Assembly (NCBI GenBank): GCA_964016885.1
Contig: OZ024741.1
Span: forward strand, 111,414,001 to 111,478,000
DNA length: 64,000 nt
Source: Eledone cirrhosa
Lineage: Eukaryota
Reading direction: 5' to 3'
Positions 39,601 to 54,587 of this stretch are shown in pieces. The notes beneath the pieces were generated by a model. It was not told where the DNA came from. It saw nothing but the letters and a program-made list of their open reading frames with translations, and searched no databases. Numbering within the stretch: position 1 is the stretch's first letter; each line of letters begins with the position of its first letter. Position numbers and translations under genes: made by a program.

Positions 39601-40760
39601 ACCATAAGCCTGAAAAAGACAGTAGCAATGTACCAACCAGCCCTTGGGAAGCCATGTTGTGAGCCCAACATCTTGGTTTATAGTGAAAGGCTAAGGGTCG
39701 TTGACAGTTTTGTATATCTTGGAAGCACTCTGAGTATGTCCTGCGATCTTGATGGGGAAATATCAAACAGGATACAGAAAGCCAGTGATGCTTTTGGAAA
39801 ACTGAACAAGCGTCTCTGGTCTCAACACGGAATTTCGGTAAACACAAAGCTCAAAGTGTATGATGCGTGTGGGCTCGCGGCACTTCTTTATGCTTGTGAG
39901 ACGTGGGTGGTCTACCGTAGACAGATGAAGCGACTTGAGAGGTTCCAACAGTACTGCTTACGTCGGATCCTCGGCATAACTTGGCAAATGTTTGTTAGTG
40001 ACGTCGAGGTTCTGGACAGAAGTGGCTGTGATAGTGTCGAGTCCTTGATTTTGAAATATCAGCTGCGATGGACAGGCCATCTTGTAAGGATGAATGACAA
40101 GCGAATGCAGAAGCAGCTGCTTTATGGCGAGATCCAAATGGGAAAAAGAAACGCGAGCAAACCCAAGATGCGTTTTAAGGACTGCACCAAGGGGGCGTTC
40201 AAGAAAAGTAACATCCCTTGTGAGCACTAGGAAGCATGCGCTAGCGACCGATCGCATTGGAGGAAAGCATTGGCTGGTGGCAAGAGTCTATTTGAGGAAA
40301 CAAGAAGAAGGCACGCGACACTAAAAAGAGATGTCCGGAAAGGAATCCATGTTGGCCTTCCCGAAGGCACTAACAGACGGCCTGACCTGACATGTGAGAC
40401 CTGTAATAGGGTTTGTCTGAGCATGGCAGGTCTAAAGAGTCACCTGAGAGTGCACAAGAACAGGGAAGCAGGCACCTGTGGAGCTATAAGTGTTCATCAG
40501 ACGACGACATGTAATGTTTGTGGAAGGGTATGCAGGTCGAGTAGTGATCTCACACGACACCTTGGGTCACATGGTACCATGGGCCCAGCACTAGGTGTCA
40601 ATAATTGTCACAAGTGTCGTGTTTGTACCAGAGTTTTCAAGTCGCTGGCGGGAATAAAAAGCCACACTCGTTCAGCGCATCGGTAGGGGTTCTCCTACAT
40701 GGATATAAAGTAGTGGCCGTACTCGAAAACGAGTTGGCAGCCACCATGTATGTATGTATG
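36686..40760 (+). mobile_element. Near full-length RTE (BovB-like) LINE in a (TATG)n array
   Basis: ~480-nt 5' UTR, APE-RT ORF, 3' hairpin and (ATGT)n tail. (TATG)n lies on both sides. Confidence 0.95.
37168..40686 (+). pseudogene. RTE polyprotein: APE endonuclease, RT, three C2H2 zinc fingers (few frameshifts/stop)
   Basis: GCWNVRTL, VALSETR, GDFNARVG, YRGISLLS, FVDLTKVFDSV, GVKQGD, LRWTGHLVRM. Fingers CETC..H..H, CNVC..H..H and CRVC..H..H. Confidence 0.93.
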
Positions 40761-41074
40761 TTCTTCTGGTTTTATAATTTCACAAAGTTTTACCAATAGA
40801 GAGAGATAGAGTCGGTTTCTAACATAGACACAAGACTCTCTCATTGGAATTTACACAACATCAACTAGGTAGATATGTATGTATGCATGCATGCATGCAT
40901 GCATGTGTGTGCAGGTATGGATATTATTGTATGTGTGGATGTGTATGTTTTGAGTTGTACGTGTGCATGTGCATATGCTTTGTATCTGTACAAGTGTATA
41001 TGCAGTTATTAGATGCAGAATTTTTGGAATATTTTACATATTTTTACATATGTATGCATGTATGTATGTTTATG

Positions 41075-41608
41075 TCGGGTCACTCTTGAGGAGGGTGATT
41101 TTGGACACCCTGCAACACAAAAAACAAAACCTGACAAAGGGAGGAAGAACTCATAAGGGTCAACGGCCATCCAAAAGTGTGTAAATATGTATATACACAT
41201 GTACATATGTATGTATATGTGTATATACATGGGTGCATGTGTATGTATATGCGCGGGGACATAGAAATAATTGGGCTGGACACCCGATCGCGCGGTTAAA
41301 CCACTGGGAGTGAAGGTCCCTTAGCCTTTGTCAGGGCATTCTTCTAGGAGAAGGCAACTCAGGAAACTGGGATAACTCCGATATAAAACCTGTTGCTCAG
41401 TAGTTACCGATGATGTTGATCTTTTCTTCTTTCCGGGTTAAAGGTACTGTCACTCAGAGAGTGGGATTGGCTCAGTGCACAGTCTTTCCTCACTTTAAAA
41501 AATATCGCACAGGAATTGCACGATAGAATTATTTAATAATTATTAATAATGTTATATTGTGCAATGGCCGTACTCGATAACGAGGGGGCAGCCATCATGT
41601 ATGTATGT
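41075..41608 (+). mobile_element. Internally deleted RTE derivative (5' UTR joined to 3' end)
   Basis: 41088-41520 is homologous to 36788-37080. 41563-41608 is homologous to 40713-40760. Confidence 0.8.
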
Positions 41609-41611
41609 ATA

Positions 41612-41750
41612 TCAGGTCGCTCTCGAGTGCTACTGGTTACATGTAACCCAGTACAACCTGTCTCATGGTCGGGTCGTCGGCGACTAAACCGGCAACCTCA
41701 TCAAGCTTGCTTGGTGAGGAGGGTGATATTTGGACACCCTGAACACCCTG
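41612..41750 (+). mobile_element. RTE 5'-end-only fragment between (TATG)n runs (3'-end-only fragment at 42558-42610)
   Basis: Homologous to 36686-36815. Confidence 0.8.
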
Positions 41751-41981
41751 TATGTATGTATGTATGTATGTATGTATGTATGTATGTATGTATGTATGTA
41801 TGTATGTATGTATGTATGTATGTGTGCATGTATGTATGCCACATTCGATCGCAGCGCTGTTAGTTGCTATCGTGTGTGTATAGATATGTTTATGTGTGTG
41901 CGTATATATATATATATATGTATATTATTATTGGTGTTGTTGTCGTTATTATTATTGTTATTATTATTATTATTATTGTCA

Positions 41982-42025
<44 letters not shown>

Positions 42026-42896
42026 GCGTTTGTGTGTTTCTCTCTTACTGCTTCCCCCTTCTCTCTGTATCTCTCACCTTCTTTCGCCTCCTCTGTCAGT
42101 CACACTCTCTCTCGACTGGCCTCTTCCTCGCACTTCCACTCACTCACTCTCTGCTTCTCCCCTTCTCACTTCCTCCCGTTTGGCCTATGTGGGGTCCTTT
42201 CTAGCTCACACCTTACTCATGTCGGACGGTCTGTGTCTCTCTCGCCAATGAAATTCACCCAGCTTAAGCTGAACGGATATCATGTGCTTGTTTCTTCCTA
42301 TCTTTCCGTTGCTATACCTTATATGTTTGTTTACCTGTCTCGCTCGCTTTACGCGATTTTACTTGTCCCAATAGCTTTATTTAGCTATTGCTCGCACCAA
42401 CTAGAGGTATATGATTTTTAAAGCGATGAAATACCAATGAAGGTTGGACAATCACTGATGAAGGACTATTTTTTTCATATGTAACCCATGTGCAACCACG
42501 CAGCACTCAATTCTTCTCATGTTTATATATATATATATATTTTTTTTTTTTCTCGCGCAATGGCCATACTCGATAACGAGGGGGCAGCCATCATGTATGT
42601 ATGTATGTATAACAAAATGCAATTGTTCCGTGACAACCACTATGTGTAATGTCTGTGTCTATAGGAGGATAAATCTTGTGTAGTGTTACACAGACAAGTG
42701 CAATTATGTTAATATATATGTATGAGCTGAGGGATGTGAATATTATGCGTGTGTTGGGACGTTTATGCGTTTTGGATGTTATATAAGGTTGTTGGGCGAG
42801 TGAATGAGGGGGTTTTGTGCATGTGGTTGAACGTTGCGTGGTGTATATTCTAATATGGTTTACGTAGGGATATATTAGCAAATTGAACACGCATGC

Positions 42897-43480
<584 letters not shown>

Positions 43481-43875
43481 CGCAAGTACGCACAGCTATA
43501 TTTATTTTGAATTTATTTTTCTTAACAATTGTATAAGTTAAGTACTAAAGTATTCCATCATACATTTATGACACAATCCCTGACACTCATCATATATTTA
43601 TGACTATATCACTATCACTCTACTCCACTGTAGACATTGTCATAGTGTTATAAACACACGAGAGTACGAATTAAATACACCATGTATCCATTCTTGTTTT
43701 TACATTTTTGCGACGAATTTTAGTATGATAATTTTTATTCTGCCATAAGTTTAAGAATGTTACAAGTTTAGTATATGATAAACAGTTAAAGGTTGTAGGT
43801 AAATAAATTTAGTACAAATATTCTTGCAAAAGATTTTCAGACAAAATATTATTTCACTAGTCTGATTTGTAGAGT

Positions 43876-44043
43876 CGTTGTTGTTGCTGCTGCTGTTTGC
43901 TGCTGTTGTTGTCGTTGTCGTTGTCGTTGTCGTTGCCGTTGTCGTTGTTGTTTCTTCTTCTTCTTCTTCTTCTTCTTCTTCTTCTTCTTCTTCTTCTTCT
44001 TCTTCTTCTTCTTCTTCTTCTTCTTCTTCTTCTTCGTCGTCGT
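43876..44043. repeat. Compound (GTT)/(GTC)/(TTC)n microsatellite
   Basis: Seen directly. Confidence 0.95.
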
Positions 44044-44961
44044 CACAGGGTCATGGATGCAGAGTCCTCAAACACGTCTTCCAGAGGGTAGGGTTCTATG
44101 AGAACTAATTGACTTCAAATGATCTGGCTTGCTCATCAAACGAGATCAATTGATGCTATGAATGTTATTTAGACATCTTGTATATGGTCTACTTCTTTGT
44201 CTCCGGTCAGTTGACTTTGCCTGTAAAGTCTGCTTGCGATTCTTTACTTAGACATTCTAATTTCATGTCTGTAGTACTGGGGCTGTGATCTCTCGATGTG
44301 GGTAAGTAGCGGATTTACTTACAACGATTCACTCATCTCTGAGCTACACACCTTATAGAATTACGTTATTTTAGAGACACTTCGGAGAAACCACATTTTG
44401 GCCGCAAGTATTCACGATCGTAATCTTTCGGTTATTACTCAAGATTCATGACTATAGTTAAGGTTATGCACGAATACTGTACTGAAGATAATTAATTTGT
44501 TGATATTTTTTTTATTTCCCAAATGTTGCTGTATATCTCTTTTTTTAACTATCCCCCAAAACATTTCATATATACTCTTTGATGGCTTGGTTACACAAAC
44601 ATTCTTCTTTTCTACATGTTACATACAGAACACATATGTTGTTATAAGCAGATCACTTCTGATATACTTGTAATATTGAAATATACAAAAACACACGCAT
44701 AAAAGAAGAAAATTACATTAGATGATTCCTTTTTTACAAACAGTTTCTAATTAAGAATTCTTACACTATTTTCTATCTTTTTAACAAATTTTTTCTAGGA
44801 TATGTTATTTGAATGACTCAGCAAATAACCAAATCACTACAATCAATCATATATGCGTACAATATTCACTCACTCAAACACTGATCTTTGCGGTGGAAAT
44901 ATCAGACACGCAGACATCTGTAAACCGTTTTTTAGATTATATAATAAAAAAATAAAAAATG

Positions 44962-45325
44962 TAATAACACCAACGACGATAGTAGCGGTGACGAGGGTAA
45001 CAACAAAAACAACAACAGCAACAGTAACAACAACAACAACAACAACAACAGCGACAGTAACAACAAAACACAGCAGAGCAGCAACATCTACAACAACTAC
45101 AACAAAAACAACACAAGAATAACAAAAAATACAACTTACAATAAAATACCAAGTACAACAACTGCAATAACAACAACAAAGGGCAACAACAACAGTATCA
45201 ACAACAACAGCAAGTACAACAGAGGCAACAACTGTAACAACAGCAAGAAGAACAGCAGCAGTAACAACAACAGTCACACAAAAAACAACAACAACATGGC
45301 TACCACCAACAAAAAGTACAACAAA
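44962..45325. repeat. Degenerate (AAC)n low-complexity tract
   Basis: Seen directly. Confidence 0.85.
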
Positions 45326-45694
45326 TTCTTCAGTAACAGACTCTTCGTAAAATGTCACGTTAATAGGTATTTTTTGTTCGACCACCACTTTACTCTATTC
45401 CCAAGGTAACATATATATTTCTCCCAATACATGAAATATATAGGGAATAGCCTGCAGCGGGGGATGTGGCGTGGTGGGTGGTTAAGAAAATCCTGGAAAA
45501 TACAAGAAATCACTTTATTGCCTACGAAATCTGACGTGGTCAATAATATCAAATAACAAGAGAATCGGTAATTTCCATTTGTTTTATACATATTCACACA
45601 CACATACATAAATATATACACAGACACATATATGTGTATTATATCTACGTATATATGTATATATATCTACGTATATATATATCTATATCTACGT

Positions 45695-45749
<55 letters not shown>

Positions 45750-45913
45750 CAAATATAGGTAACCACCCCAACACCAGCACCTCTGTGACAGAAATGAAAC
45801 ATTCCAGCTTAAAAGGATTTTCAACAAGGTTTATCTCCCTTACACCAATCAAAAAGAATATATATTACCTTTTCCACAGAAATACTTAACACACACACAT
45901 ATATATATAATTG

Positions 45914-45961
<48 letters not shown>

Positions 45962-46035
45962 CAATTATTGTATTGTCAGCGCAAAGATAAAGTGGGGAGA
46001 CTTTGAATTTGGGTGTCTTATCGCTTAATATTAAT

Positions 46036-46205
46036 TGTTTCGGCACAAGACCAGCAATTACCCAGTGTATTACTGGTACTTTATTTTATCGACCCCGTAA
46101 GGATGAAAGGCAAAGTTAACCTCGGCGGGATTTGAACTCAGAATGGCAAGGGCCATAACTCTATGCGTCAAAGCATGGCGTCCGCCCCTCTACCGATACT
46201 GCCAA
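46036..46205 (-). mobile_element. tRNA-derived SINE
   Basis: Same core as the other copies. Confidence 0.9.
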
Positions 46206-46319
46206 TATTAATATTATCCAATTATCAGTATGAGAATAGCTCGATGTAAAATAACAAGTATAATACAGAGCCGGAATACTTTATAAATAACAATCAAAGA
46301 GTGTTTAATAACATTTAAT

Positions 46320-46366
46320 TACTAACGATTATTTCATCCAAGCACAAGGCAGGATTCATCGGAGTA
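46320..46366 (-). ncRNA. Decayed minimal hammerhead-like motif
   Basis: Minus strand: tact-CCGATGA-atcc..ggat-GAAA-taatcg-TT-agta. Confidence 0.45.
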
Positions 46367-47627
46367 CAAATCAAAAGTTAGAACACAGATAACTTTGTTA
46401 AAGAACATCCCTGGGATACCATATATGGGAAGAAAGCTAAAATAACAGATGTTAACATACATTTAAGAGAGGAAGGCAAGAAGCACATGAAAACCATGAT
46501 CATATAAATATGATCAAGAATCAGCAGCAAGAGGCATTAAAAACATTAAAAACAGGCTGATATAGAGGAGAGAAAAAAAGAAAAGGTTTACTACAAGGAA
46601 TTAAGCATAACATAGGCATTCAAGCATTGACAAATTTACACACAATACAAGCAATACAACATCCTATTAAAGCTAGTGCATGAATCAAATATAAACTTAA
46701 ATTTAAATTTAAGAATGTAACAGTTATCTTCGAGGTACATTTTTACTGTTTCTACAATAAAAAGTTCTGCTCAATTTTAGAGTTCTAAGCATATAGATGA
46801 CCCTTTATACTTCCAATGTAGGAATATCCATTATTATCAAAGATGGTGAAATCACCAACAAAGTCCAAATATAATGGTTGCTATTATCTGTAAAAAGGTG
46901 CCACATATAATAATAGGATGGAAAAAGTCATATATTAATTCCAGACGACATCATCCTACATAAGATTTTAAACAACTAGCAATAACGGTTGATGAAGTAT
47001 ATATATATATATATAATACATTTTTCTATTATTTTCTTTCTTTATTTCCGAAAACGGAATGGGGTTGAGAGACGTTTGGATTTTCTCAGCCTCGGATATT
47101 TCTTCATTGCGAATAACAGAAGCGGGAAGGGAGGGGGGGGGGGACACTCGTAGTTACAGATAAGCATCACTCAGCGGTTTAAATTTATAGAAAAGCAATC
47201 CCTTCATACTGATGGATGTTTGGTTCTATCATCATTTTGTTCTGTTTTGGAAAGCGTTGTAAGCTTGATTAATTAAGTGTTCCCTAATTTCCAAATTCAC
47301 CATTCTAATGAGGAGTGGCTGTGTGAAAGACAATCCTTTCCCCCAAAACATCACAGTGAATGTCATCAACAAAATCTTTCACAAATGATCCCTGGAGGTA
47401 GCCAGACCTATAAATCTATCGACGCCAAAAACATTCTGTAAATGTTATATAATTTTCGTAGTATACATTTATCTATTATTTTCTTTATTATTTTTTGTAT
47501 TAAGATATTCTAAATAAATTTTTAAAATTATGTTATGCAATATTTAAATACTTTTTAACATCTAAGAAAATGGACATTACGACAGGTTTGAGCATACTAC
47601 AGACCGGGTCGAAGGCCACGAGGCCGC

Positions 47628-47716
<89 letters not shown>

Positions 47717-48067
47717 CATTAAATTAAAAGTCGAATGACATATATATATAAAATAAACATATCAAACAATTACAGGGGATAATTTGTAAAGAATGTAAAC
47801 ACACATAGTTACGGAGGTAACATTAAAGATTAACAAGAACCTTGAATACAGATACCTTGCAATAATGATTAATCTCCTTTGTATATATTCCATTGAAGAA
47901 ATATATTTCACCATTAATCGGTGAATTATAGATGTAAAATCTTGGATCATCGGCAATATTAATAAATGCACGGATTCATTACTTGTAATTTTTGAGCTTA
48001 TTCCACAGGTGATATGGCGCATGCTTCTGATATTCTCAGATATTGCATCTTTAATCTAATTTTGGTA

Positions 48068-48110
<43 letters not shown>

Positions 48111-48113
<3 letters not shown>

Positions 48114-49202
48114 CAAAGGAATTGTGGTAAGGAACCAGATGGACCATAACGCACCAGAGTACTTAATACTTGATAATAATATAACCTACAATCTCACTTG
48201 GAGTTTACTGTCCAGAGCTAACTCTTACACGGGAGGACGCAGTTCGTGTAACTTATGCTCGGAGGAAACATTACAAATGCTGTTTTCGAAGGACCAGCTC
48301 CTAAACAAGAAAGATGAACTGGTAACCGCATGCAAACACAGATTGCGTAGGACTTACCTCGCCCTCAAACCCCATAACGACCCGGGTGGATAGACAAGGG
48401 CTGATACCCCACTTGCCGAATAAGCAGCTTACATAGGTAGATTACATAGGTAGATGTATCTCTTTTCTTTTCCTTTCCTCATTGTCTTCTTCTTCCCCCT
48501 GTCTCATCCTATTACTTCCTTCCACCCCCTATTTTCTTCCTCGTCTGCCTTTCGCCTTTCGCCTACCCCGATGCAGCCCGTCGGGCCTCTGTAGCATCAG
48601 TTCCCCCACCCCTGTAATTTTAAGATAGAATTGGCCGAATACGTTTTACTAACTACTTATAGCAGACGTGTTAAACCCCTTTAATTTTGTATCAGTTTTG
48701 GTACTACTCAATTTCTACAATTTTTTTCTATTCTCAACTTATTAACCTGTAATTGTAAGATAGCATTGTGATTTTTTTTATTCATTTCTCACTATCTAAT
48801 TTTATGTATTTTTTTATTTCTGTTTTTTTATTTCTTTCTATTATCTTTTATTGTCTCCTACTCTCATTCGATTCACCTACTCTATAACCTCCCTCCTCCA
48901 CTTCATACACTATCCTTAGAATCTACTGTATACATATCACTTTCAACGCTTGACCCCCTCCACTCACTCCCCTATTGTTCTACAGGTAAGTTCAGCCACC
49001 CCTACCTCCCACCAAATGCCATGATAGACTTATTTGTGTTTACAACAAATTTTAACCAATCGTCTTGACAACTACAATCTTCCCATATAAGGAAGTACCC
49101 CCTTGACAAGTTCGGCTATTTATTCCCCAGGCTAAAAATTCTAATTTAGTCCAGAAATAGCCGTCGAAACGGCTTGAGCTCTGCCGTCGGGGTCATACTT
49201 TT

Positions 49203-49206
<4 letters not shown>
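48111..49206 (+). mobile_element. 5'-truncated Naiad-type Penelope element: inverted tail, GIY-YIG C-terminus, 3' UTR/pLTR
   Basis: YNLTWSLLSRANSYTGGRSSCNLCSEE..LLNKKDELVTACKHR, with (TA)n on both sides. Confidence 0.85.
49097..49193 (+). ncRNA. Variant hammerhead motif (TTGACAA core, long stem II, stable stem III)
   Basis: cccc-TTGACAA-g..cggctattt..aaatagccg.c-GAAA-cggc-ttgagctct-gccg-TC-gggg. Confidence 0.65.
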
Positions 49207-49266
<60 letters not shown>

Positions 49267-50011
49267 TGTGCAACAATGAATGATGGAACATCTTAAGATG
49301 GCTGCAAACTGCGAAAATATGTCTTAATATGAGAGCCGATTTTTTCAACCGCCATCCGCACATCCTACATAACTGGAAGAACCCCAGATAACATCTTGTC
49401 AGCCAAAATACACAACCTTGAATTTCAATCACACACCTCATTGTAAAACTTTTACCTCTATAATATCTTTCTAACATGCTAAATAAGAAAAAAGAACACC
49501 CCTTCTACGAAGATCTAATCTCTGTAACATCCATTTAACAAACAAGAAACGTTTTCAGTAAATATCTCACTATATCTTTCTAGCCCACATAATAGATTTC
49601 CTAATCCTAAATAACTTCTTCCTAATTTGTGCAAGTCTAAGCAGAGTGAATATGCGATGTAATCCTACTTTTATCTCTATATCTCTACATTTTATATCTG
49701 ACACCGTCGCTGTCTCTCTTCCTCTCCCTCTCCATTCCTCTCCCTCTCCCCGCCTCTTTAACGTTCACACATACATAGCCATGCACATATACATTTACAT
49801 ACATACATCGATTACATACATTTAAACACACAAACACATGCATACATACATACGTATATACATATACATACGTGTATACATATATGCTTATATACATACA
49901 AACATGCCTGCATACATTCATACATAAATACATACGTACATACATACATACATACATACATACATACATACATACATACATACATACATACATACATACA
50001 TACATACATAC

Positions 50012-50345
50012 ATAATAGCCGCAAATGTTCGAGCATTGCCATCGCCTGATAAAAGGCTAAAAAATATGAGGCACGAATGAGGCTCTTTAAACCAGCCAAA
50101 TACTTGCACCCTCTGGCACACACATAGCAACTGTTGGCCCCTCTGGGACTTTCCGCTGCTTGGTTCTGACTGTGTGTTCGTATATGTCTTTTAAGACATC
50201 CCATGCTTACATATTCCTTGCCACATTTCTTACACCTTTTCAGATCATAATCTACATAAGGTCTAATCAAACCAACTTTGCTCAGGCAGACTTGACCACA
50301 GTGCTGACAAACCAGATATTGCTCAACAGCAGACAGTTCAGAATA
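50012..50345 (-). mobile_element. 3' fragment of a related RTE with three degenerate C2H2 fingers, in (CATA)n
   Basis: CQHCGQVCLSKVGL, CKKCGKEYVSMGCLKRHIRTH and CYVCARGCKYLAGLKS, followed by an (ATGT)n tail. Confidence 0.85.
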
Positions 50346-50954
50346 TACATACACACATACATACACCGATTACATGTAGTTAACCACATAAACTCATGCT
50401 ATATAAACATTTTGCATTAGTATTTCACACAGTTTAAACACACACCACTCGTCCACATTCACCAACACCACAAGAGGCGCTCAAATAAACACACATACTA
50501 AAGACATACACAAATAAAGAAACCATACAAGACATACAGACATGGCATATATAGGCACACATGACATAAATTTGCAGCCACATATGCACACGCATACACA
50601 ATACACACACATCACTCACAAGACAAATACTTGCACTCACACACAAGATACACATTTATATAAACGACACACACACAATACACATATATGCATCCCCCCA
50701 CAAGACACATTCATGTACACACACAGGACACATATATGCACCCCACCATACATGTTATACACAATCATAGACAAATACATATAGGACACAAAATTATTCA
50801 GAAACACTCCGAAATACACACAAACAGACCAGAAATGCACAATAGTTACACACACACACACAGACACACACACACACAGACACACACACACACACACACT
50901 CTCTCTCACTCACACACACACACACACACTCTCTCTCTCACTCACACACACACA

Positions 50955-50986
<32 letters not shown>

Positions 50987-51084
50987 ACACACAAACTCTC
51001 ACTCACACACAGACACACAGACGGACCAAAAATACACACAAGACACAAACGGGTACACAAACACAATTACACAGGAATACGCAC

Positions 51085-51560
51085 TGACCTATAATTTCTA
51101 TGAAGACTTTTGCAGTTTCATCAAAGAACATGGAAACGAAGAATACGTGTAGAAAGGGTAAAGGTGGCGGCAGCTGGAAAACCATTTTCTTTCTTTCTGG
51201 TAAATACTACCAACTCTTATTACACCACAACGACCACCGCCAGCGTCGCCGTCATCACCACCATTAAAGATACATTTCCGATAAAGTCCATGAGCTCTTT
51301 TTTGATCTTAAACATGCAGGCACTGGCGATATTGAAGACGGTAGCAACCTCTGAATCTCTGTAGTTGGCGACTAAGGCGTGCCTCGTCATTTCCTGCGTC
51401 AGATTCGAAGCTCCCATTTCTGGTTAAAAAAAGAAGAAAAGAAATAGAGAGGATATCATTTAAAGTTCGGACCACATATGGTTATCTGAAGTTGTATTTT
51501 CAAATAGCTGACGCAGCCCTCTCCCTATGGGGATTTCACCAAATTTTATAACACTATTAT
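51085..51560 (-). mobile_element. Probable Tc1/mariner transposase remnant (internally deleted)
   Basis: The N-terminus MGASNLTQEMTRHAL..DSEVATVFNIA..FKIKKEL resembles a transposase HTH. Recognised by eye only. Confidence 0.45.
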
Positions 51561-51592
51561 CATTGTAGAGAATCTGTGTTTGAATTTCTAAA

Positions 51593-51625
<33 letters not shown>

Positions 51626-52016
51626 AACGTTTGTATTTGTAAAGCCAAAATAATGCAGGTATGGATATAGAATATAAATGCAAATGCAAAAGATATTGTT
51701 GACAATTAGTCTTTTACCTTAAATTTATTTAAATAGCTTTAATTTTCGAGATAATATCTCTTCTTCGGAGGGAAGTAAAGTTGTTAAACCAGCGTTCTAA
51801 ATAGCTTGCCAAGTCATGCTGACAGGAAATTGTATAGAGAATCTGTTCTATCTCTAATGTCAAAGAGTGAAGGTTAGGTGGATAAAGAGTAGTCCACCTT
51901 TAAAAGGGGTTTTGTACATGTATGTTTAAGTGTGTTGGATAATACGTGAAGGTGTAAGTATGTGTGTGTGAGTGTGTGAGTGTGAGAAGATATGTCTATA
52001 TATATATGTATATATA

Positions 52017-52090
<74 letters not shown>

Positions 52091-52187
52091 TGTGTGTATG
52101 TATATATATATATATATGTATGTGCATAAATACAGATATACATATTAAAAACAATGCAGTCGAAACCATACATTAAATGCACATGCC

Positions 52188-52223
<36 letters not shown>

Positions 52224-53184
52224 GGCGTGCGCACGCGCACACATACCTACGTATACATATATATACACACACATATTTAATGATAATTCCATATCATTTC
52301 CAAGAAATCCATATACTACGCAATAGCTAGCACACATGCGCATATATTGCAATATCCTTCTGCATATCGTATAATCACATATACATATGCCCAACGACAT
52401 GTGTAGGTATTAGAATTATTTTCCAGACATACATTAACAGAATCTGTCAGATGACATACTCTTTAAATGTAAGACAAACCTATCTAAACCGTAGCTATTT
52501 TTAGTACAATCTATAAAGACCAGGTAACTTGGATTCGCACTTGGTGTAATGAATTCTCATAGTAAAACCGTTGTCAATTTATTTATCAGTTTTCTTCCAG
52601 ACATGTTGAAATAGATCTCTGTGCATGCATGTTGGAATTGCTTACTCTTGCATTTAATTACTTTGCCAGAGTAGCTTTTATATATTTTTAAGAAATTTCT
52701 AAAATGCCGAATAAATCATTTGCGAAATCATATTGAAATCACCCCCAACATCACATAACATTACAACAACAGCCAGTGGTAACGCCTTCTAATTTATCGC
52801 TAAACTGAGTTCTTAATAACAGTTCTCATTTTCTGCTATTTTTACTCTTTTTTAAGGAGAAGGAAGAAAAAAAACTGAGAGATGGTACTGTCAATGCCCA
52901 TAAGGCAACAGAGTATACCGGAGTTTTGCGTGGATTTTCCTTGGAATTACCCTTAAGTGTAGTTTTCACTATTGAGGAACTGGTCCTTGTTGACATTCGT
53001 TATTGTGATTGTTTTCTCTTGTTATGAATATTTATTACAAATCCTGTTACTGTTATTCACACTGTTTTCTCTTCAGTGGTGTCCTCTTTTCATTACTCAA
53101 TGCTAACCCAAATCTATGTTATTTTTGTCCTTTTATCATTCCCAAATACGACCAATAAAAGAAATTATTTTAATATCATTTCTT

Positions 53185-54587
53185 GTCATCTCACTCCTGC
53201 TGGCAGTCCAGAACCTTTCTAAATATTCGAGCTGTTCCCAGTAGACATGTCATTTGGAATCCTTCAATCCCTGCTGTAAAGTCTATCTTCGGCAAATAGT
53301 TCTCAAGGTTCTTTGTCACCATGCCAAGAGCATCAATCACCACTGGTACATTGGTGACAGTTTTCACTTAATTACTCCAGCATTTTAAGATCTCATATCT
53401 TAGGTGTGTATAAATTCCTATTTTCTCCTCTTTTCATTCAATTATGGTGTCAAAATGTCACGCTACATCTATGAGGCTCCTCCTTTCTCAATTACAACAA
53501 TATCTGGTTTGTTGTGTTCAATCATCACCTTTGTCTGAATTGTGGAGTCCCATAAGAGTTTTATGTTATCGTTCTCTAGCACTCTCATCCCATTTGTGAC
53601 ACCATGTTCATAGCTTTTTTCTGCATATGGAAATTTATACTTTTTACACGAGATCTTGTGCAACATGGTAGCCACATTATCATGTCGGCCTTTTTGTAAT
53701 CATTCTGGGCTAACTGCTTACACACTGAAACAATATGAGGAAATGTTACTGCTCTCTCCTAAAAAATTCTGCATTCAGCTTGAACATCTTCCTTGTCTAT
53801 GCTACTATTATAAGTTTCTTTCTTAAGGTAGCCTTTCCGTGGCCATAACCAAGTATTTTTGTCAGCACACACGTTTCTTGTTTCCTTATGGAATGCTAAA
53901 TGCAGGGGGTCTTTCACCAATTGCTTCTTTAAGTTGTTCTTTCCCTGACAACCTCCAATAGAAACTTTCCTTCCTTATTTCTTTATGAAGAAACTAATAC
54001 CACTTTCTTCTATTTTGACAGCATCCTGTACACAAAAAATCATCCACTTCCCTCTTTTCTTTTCCAATATAGCTTGTCTGCATCACCTTGTGGGATCATA
54101 CTTCGTTAGGTAGTGAACATTTCGGTAGTTTTTGGATCAATTTCCTCCAACTCTACTTTCGTCCATTCTACTATACCTTCATTGTACCTAATTATTGAAG
54201 CAACTCTGGCGTTTATTACTTCCACAGTATTTCCATAATTCAAATTGGATTTGAGAATCGTCCCCAGTTTTTGAAAGTACACTTTTCTTTCATTTTAGTT
54301 TTGCTGTTTACTTTATGGCTTTGTAGCATACCTAGATATTTATATGCTTCCCCTGTTTCCAGTGTCTTTATCTTTTCACTGTTTGGCAGTTTAATTCCAT
54401 CACACCATACCATCTTTCCTTGCTACACCTCTGTCATCGGAAATTGTCTAGTTCTTCTACATTACAATTATATAGTTTTAAACCATCCATAAACAATAAA
54501 TAATTGAGGTTGCTCCTATCTTTTCCTAGTTTGTATCCAATTGACACACTTTTAAGAACAACTGACAAAGGTATCATTGCAGCAAGG
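53185..54587 (-). mobile_element. R4/Dong-clade non-LTR retrotransposon, 3' part (RT C-terminus + RLE)
   Basis: AAMIPLSVVL, RHDN-like motif, VLENDNIKLLWDSTIQT..EHNKPDIVVIEK. Confidence 0.85.

Noticed and set aside
40270-40686. Host C2H2 zinc-finger gene
   Set aside because: It is contiguous with the RTE RT and is followed by the RTE 3' tail.
44853-45410. Thr- or Asn-rich mucin-like exon
   Set aside because: It is a degenerate (AAC)n tract with register shifts and no convincing splice context.
52850-53000. Minus-strand S/T-rich plus hydrophobic short frame
   Set aside because: It is short, has no clear splice sites and shows no recognisable homology.
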